This document shows, one piece after another, positions 6,969 through 10,592 of a DNA stretch of 10,592 nt (its first letter is position 1; the number at the start of each line of letters is the position of its first letter). Source of the DNA: Abditibacteriaceae bacterium (GTDB lineage Bacteria > Armatimonadota > Abditibacteriia > Abditibacteriales > Abditibacteriaceae); assembly GCA_031372065.1 (NCBI GenBank), contig JANMKN010000256.1:1-10592 (forward strand), written 5' to 3'. Both the position numbers and the translations under genes were made by a program. The notes below the pieces were generated by a model that ran no database searches, was not told where the DNA came from, and saw only the letters and a list, made by a program, of their open reading frames with translations.

Positions 6969-8462
6969 ATGCTTCCAAACAACAACGACAAAATTAAAAC
7001 CGCGCATTTGTTGCGTCGCGCCGGGTTTGGCGCGCGGCCCGATGAGTGGCCGCTTTATGAAAAGCTCGGCGTGTCGGGGGTCACCGCATTTTTACTATAT
7101 CCCGAAAAGATGCCGGACACCATGCAAGTCTTGCTCGGCCAAATTCAAGAAGATTTTGTGGACTTTGACGAAATTGAAAGCGTTCGCTCGTGGTGGCTGC
7201 TGCGCATGATGCGCTCGCGCCGCCCTCTCGAAGAAAAGATGACGCTGTTCTGGCACCATCACTTTGCCACCGCCAACTTCAAGGTCAATAACCCGCGCTT
7301 GATGTGGCAGCAAAACGAATTGTTTCGCAAGCACGCGCTCGGCAATTTCCGTAGTCTCTTGCAAGACATCGTGCGCGACGGCGCGATGCTGCTCTGGTTG
7401 GACGGCAATGCTAACCGCGCCGGCAAGCCCAACGAGAATTTCGCGCGCGAAGTGATGGAACTCTTCGCGCTGGGCATCGGCAACGGCTACACCGAAAAGG
7501 ATATTCAAGAAGCGGCGCGTGCCCTCACCGGCTGGCGCTTTGCCGACAACTATCGCGCCGTCTTCGACCCGTTTTTGCACGATGACGGCCCCAAAACTGT
7601 CTTCGGCCAAACCGCGAACTTTCATGGCGACGACGTGATTGACCTTATCGCCGCGCATCCGGCCACCGGGCGCTACTTGGCGACCAAACTATTTCAGTTT
7701 TTCGTCCACGAAAACCCGACCAAAGCCGACATCGAACCGTTGGCGCAGCTTTATTACTCCAGCGGCTACGATGTGCGCGCCATGCTCGAAAAGCTACTGA
7801 AGTCACCGTCGTTCTACGCCGCCAATGCGCTGTATGCACGCATCAAATCACCGGTAGAATTTGCGGTGATGGCGATGCGTTCGCTCAACGCGCCCCTGAC
7901 CGCCGTGAAGGATTTGCAAAAAAGCTTGGGCGCCATGGGCCAAGAGTTGTTCGACCCGCCCAGCGTGAAAGGTTGGGACGGCGGCGCGGCGTGGATTAAC
8001 TCGCGCACCTTGTCAGCGCGCCTTGGTTTCACCAGCGAACTGACCAACGCCATGAACAAACGCGGCGCATTGCTGCCCCTCGCTTTAGGCGACTTGGCCG
8101 CCGTGCTAAAAGACGAAAGCAATGCCGGCCAAACCATGCCGCGCCCCTTTCCGGCGTTAAATTCTGGCAATGGCGCCGCGATGGAAAGCAAAGGCGCCAT
8201 GATGAACAGCGTCCCCAGCATGATGGACGTGCCCAACAAGATGCCTGCTTTGCCCAAACTCAGCGCGCAACAAGTGGCCGCGCTGTCGCCCGACAAAGTG
8301 GTGGACACGCTGTGGGATAATCTGCTGCCCGGACAGCAGACACGCCCCGCCACACGCGCTGCTTTCTTGAACTATCTCGGTGATGGCAAAAGTGACATCG
8401 CCGCAAAGCTGCCCGGCTTGGTCAATCTCATCATGGCCTCGCCGGAATATCAATTGATTTGA
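6969..8462 (+). CDS. DUF1800 family protein
   Basis: 497 aa with family-typical motifs HLLRRAGFG, EKMTLFWHHHFAT, PNENFAREVMELF, YTEKDIQEAARALTGW, PPSVKGW and C-terminal SPEYQL. It lies upstream of DUF1501, as is usual for this pair. Confidence 0.92.
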   Translation: MLPNNNDKIKTAHLLRRAGFGARPDEWPLYEKLGVSGVTAFLLYPEKMPDTMQVLLGQIQEDFVDFDEIESVRSWWLLRMMRSRRPLEEKMTLFWHHHFATANFKVNNPRLMWQQNELFRKHALGNFRSLLQDIVRDGAMLLWLDGNANRAGKPNENFAREVMELFALGIGNGYTEKDIQEAARALTGWRFADNYRAVFDPFLHDDGPKTVFGQTANFHGDDVIDLIAAHPATGRYLATKLFQFFVHENPTKADIEPLAQLYYSSGYDVRAMLEKLLKSPSFYAANALYARIKSPVEFAVMAMRSLNAPLTAVKDLQKSLGAMGQELFDPPSVKGWDGGAAWINSRTLSARLGFTSELTNAMNKRGALLPLALGDLAAVLKDESNAGQTMPRPFPALNSGNGAAMESKGAMMNSVPSMMDVPNKMPALPKLSAQQVAALSPDKVVDTLWDNLLPGQQTRPATRAAFLNYLGDGKSDIAAKLPGLVNLIMASPEYQLI

Positions 8463-8494
8463 TAGATTAGAGGCTAAGGGTCATGGGTTAGAAT
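8460..8494. repeat. Left arm of a heptamer-periodic inverted repeat
   Basis: tgatag attagag gctaagg gtcatgg gttagaa; 8479-8493 is the exact reverse complement of 9027-9041. Confidence 0.75.
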
Positions 8495-8515
8495 CTGTTT
8501 GAAAAGTAGGAACTT

Positions 8516-8948
8516 GATTCCTCTTTCCTCCGGGGAGACGAAAGGTGAGGGGCACAAGGTCGCTTGCGACCTCTTCGAGTGCGAGAAGTCCCCTCACCCC
8601 AACACCCACCCGCTAAAGCGGGTTCCCGGCCCCCAATCGCTGCGCTGGGGAGAGGGGGAACTTTGCCTAATGCTACTGAGGATGAGTAAGCGATTAAGAA
8701 GCGTAATTCCTCTCCCCACGGGGGAGAGGTTAGGTGAGGGGCACGAGGTCGCTTGCGACCTCTTCGAGTGCGAGAAGTCCCCTCACCCCAACCCTCTCCC
8801 CCAACCGCTGCGCTGGGGAGAGGGGGACTTGACTATTACGCTCTTGCGCTATTCAGATGGGCAGAAGCATATGAGCGAGGCACTCCTCTCCCCAGCGCAG
8901 CGGTTGGGGGAGAGGTTGGGTGAGGGGACGAGCGACAACGTCGCTCTT
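8516..8948. repeat. REP/REPIN(BIME)-like cluster of CCCCTCACCC(C/T)AACCCTCTCCCC-loop-GGGGAGAGGG palindromes
   Basis: Five related units in alternating orientation. 8543-8603 and 8732-8792 are direct repeats (61 bp, 1 mismatch). Internal hairpins are gaggtcgc-tt-gcgacctc and gagcgac-aac-gtcgctc. agcgtaat (8700-8707) / attacgct (8835-8842) close a long doublet hairpin. Confidence 0.9.
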
Positions 8949-8976
8949 GAAACTTATAGGAATCGCACCTCTCGCC

Positions 8977-9058
8977 ACTAACCTACAGTCTAATTCTCCA
9001 ACGATTTGATAAGTTGGAGGTTTGACTTCTAACCCATGACCTCTGACCATTAACCTAC
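8977..9058. repeat. Right arm of the heptamer-periodic inverted repeat, with a small hairpin
   Basis: tgacttc taaccca tgacctc tgaccat taaccta (9023-9057); hairpin ctccaac-N10-gttggag (8996-9019). Confidence 0.8.
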
Positions 9059-9075
9059 CGTCCCAAGGAGTCTCT

Positions 9076-10335
9076 ATGCCAAAACGTCGCGAGTTTATTC
9101 AGAATGGATTGGGCTTTATTTCATTAAGCCTGACCATGCCGCAGTTTTTGATGCGGGCCGCACGCGCTGCCGATGCGCCTACGGCCACAAACATCAAGGG
9201 TCTGCCGCCTATTCCTAAGGGAAAAATCTTGGTCGTCATCGAAATGGCGGGTGGCAACGACGGGTTGAATACTGTCATTCCCTACGCCGATGCTTCTTAT
9301 GCGGCGGCGCGGCCTAACATTGGCTTGAAAGCCAGTGACGTCGTCAAAATCGGCGATAAATTGGCTTTGCATCCGGCTATGAAGGCGATGGGGACGCTGT
9401 TTGAACGGGGCCAAGTCGCGGTCGTTTCGGGCGTCGGCTACCCCAATGCCAACCGCAGCCACTTTCATTCGATGGACATCTGGCAAAGCGGCGATCCCGC
9501 CATGAAACAGCGTGAGCGCAGCGGCTGGCTGGCGCGCTACTTCGACGCCGATGGGCATGGTTTTGGGGGCAATCCCTTGTCGGGCGTGGTTTTGGGCGGC
9601 ACTTTGCCGATGGCGTTGACCTCACAGAACAGTCCAGTGTCAGTGATCGGCAATGGCCGCGACTTTGGTTTGGGCGGCGGCGATGATCGTCAAAAGCAAA
9701 TGGAAGCCTTGCACGCGCTTTATCAAGGCGGCACGGTCGCGGCGAACAATACCGAGTTTATTTCCAACGTCGGCAACGATGTTTACGCCAGCACCGAGGC
9801 GATACGCAAAGCCTTGCAAGGCTATGACCCCCGCGCCAACATCGCCGCGAAGTATCCGCAAAGTGGCCTCGCCAACAGCTTGCAAACCATCGCCAAACTC
9901 GTGACCAGCGACCTTGGCACGCGCATCTTTTACGCCAGCATCGGCGGCTTCGACACCCACGCCAACCAACCCGAAGGCCACGCTAACTTGCTCGGCACCA
10001 TTTCCGAAGCGGTGGCCGCGTTTTACCGCGATTTGGCCGCGCAAGGCCGCGACAAAGACGTCATGCTGATGACTTTCAGTGAATTTGGGCGCCGCGTCAA
10101 AGAAAACGGCTCGGCGGGCACCGATCACGGCGCCGCCAGTTGCCTTTTCGTTGTCGGCGGCGGCGTGCGCGGCGGCAATTTCGGCGCCTATCCCAGCCTG
10201 ACCGACCTCGACGACGGCGACTTGAAGTTCACCACCGACTTCCGCTCTGTCTATTCCACCATTCTCGACCGCTGGCTCGCCGCCGACAGCACCAAAGTGC
10301 TGGGCGGACGCTATGAACCGTTGAAGTTTGTGTAG
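9076..10335 (+). CDS. DUF1501 family protein with twin-arginine (Tat) signal
   Basis: 419 aa with SD AAGGAG at 9065-9070. N-terminus KRREFI...ARAAD; motifs GGNDGLNTVIPY, NRSHFHSMDIWQSG, GGFDTHANQ, FSEFGRRVKENGSAGTDHG, TDFRSVY. Confidence 0.93.
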   Translation: MPKRREFIQNGLGFISLSLTMPQFLMRAARAADAPTATNIKGLPPIPKGKILVVIEMAGGNDGLNTVIPYADASYAAARPNIGLKASDVVKIGDKLALHPAMKAMGTLFERGQVAVVSGVGYPNANRSHFHSMDIWQSGDPAMKQRERSGWLARYFDADGHGFGGNPLSGVVLGGTLPMALTSQNSPVSVIGNGRDFGLGGGDDRQKQMEALHALYQGGTVAANNTEFISNVGNDVYASTEAIRKALQGYDPRANIAAKYPQSGLANSLQTIAKLVTSDLGTRIFYASIGGFDTHANQPEGHANLLGTISEAVAAFYRDLAAQGRDKDVMLMTFSEFGRRVKENGSAGTDHGAASCLFVVGGGVRGGNFGAYPSLTDLDDGDLKFTTDFRSVYSTILDRWLAADSTKVLGGRYEPLKFV

Positions 10336-10343
10336 AATCCCTA

Positions 10344-10592
10344 AAGAGCGACTTTGTCGCTCGTCCCCTCACCCAACCTCTCCCCCACTCGCTGCGCTGG
10401 GGAGAGGAGCGCTGTGCTCATACGCCTCTGCTCATCTGAATAGGCCAAGAGCGTAATGGTCAAGTCCCCCTCTCCCCCGACCGCTTCGCTGGGGAGAGGG
10501 CCGGGGTGAGGGGGCTTCTTGCATCGAAAGAGGTCGCAAGCGACCTCGTGCCCCTCACCTAACCTCTCCCCCGTGGGGAGAGGAATTACGCT
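10344..10592 (-). repeat. REP/REPIN-like cluster, inverted copy of 8700-8948; probably continues beyond the window
   Basis: Its reverse complement is colinear with 8700-8948 (both 249 bp), and 10528-10592 is identical to the reverse complement of 8700-8764. Confidence 0.95.

Noticed and set aside
8516..8948. tRNA, riboswitch or other named ncRNA
   Set aside because: No cloverleaf or aptamer consensus recognised, and the structure is explained by REP-like palindromes. An Rfam cmscan would settle it.
8499..8981. 160-aa ORF with repeated GEGHxVACDLFECEKSPHPN
   Set aside because: The repetition comes from the REP palindromes, which recur on the opposite strand at 10344-10592. It has a TTG start without an SD and is probably non-coding.
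7027..10128. Antisense and alternate-frame ORFs inside DUF1800 and DUF1501
   Set aside because: Shadow frames of GC-rich coding sequence.
10344..10410. Intrinsic terminator after DUF1501
   Set aside because: Strong hairpins, but no following U-tract; they belong to the REP cluster.

Overview
Bacterial chromosomal window with six credible protein genes. On the minus strand are a membrane-anchored PQQ-like/BamB-type beta-propeller protein (1544 to beyond base 1, absent from the ORF track) and a three-gene signalling operon. The operon encodes a CHASE4-like/HAMP hybrid histidine kinase with a pseudo-receiver and a receiver, a single-domain DivK/CheY-like regulator, and a soluble kinase whose N-terminus is a tandem pair of HisKA/DHp-like hairpins with only one His. 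On the plus strand is a divergent DUF1800 + Tat-signal DUF1501 pair. Most intergenic spacers hold repeat DNA: (i) an alternating A/B 21-bp tandem array with phased GATC and T5 tracts overlapping the kinase stop codon; (ii) three heptamer-periodic, stop-codon-rich inverted-repeat elements at gene junctions; (iii) REP/REPIN-like palindrome clusters, two of which form a 249-bp inverted repeat around DUF1501, with one hairpin loop flipped between copies. I see no transposase, CRISPR array or RNA gene. The best candidates for something undescribed are the single-chain pseudo-dimeric DHp relay module, the 21-bp array and the nested repeat architecture. All functional interpretations are inference.
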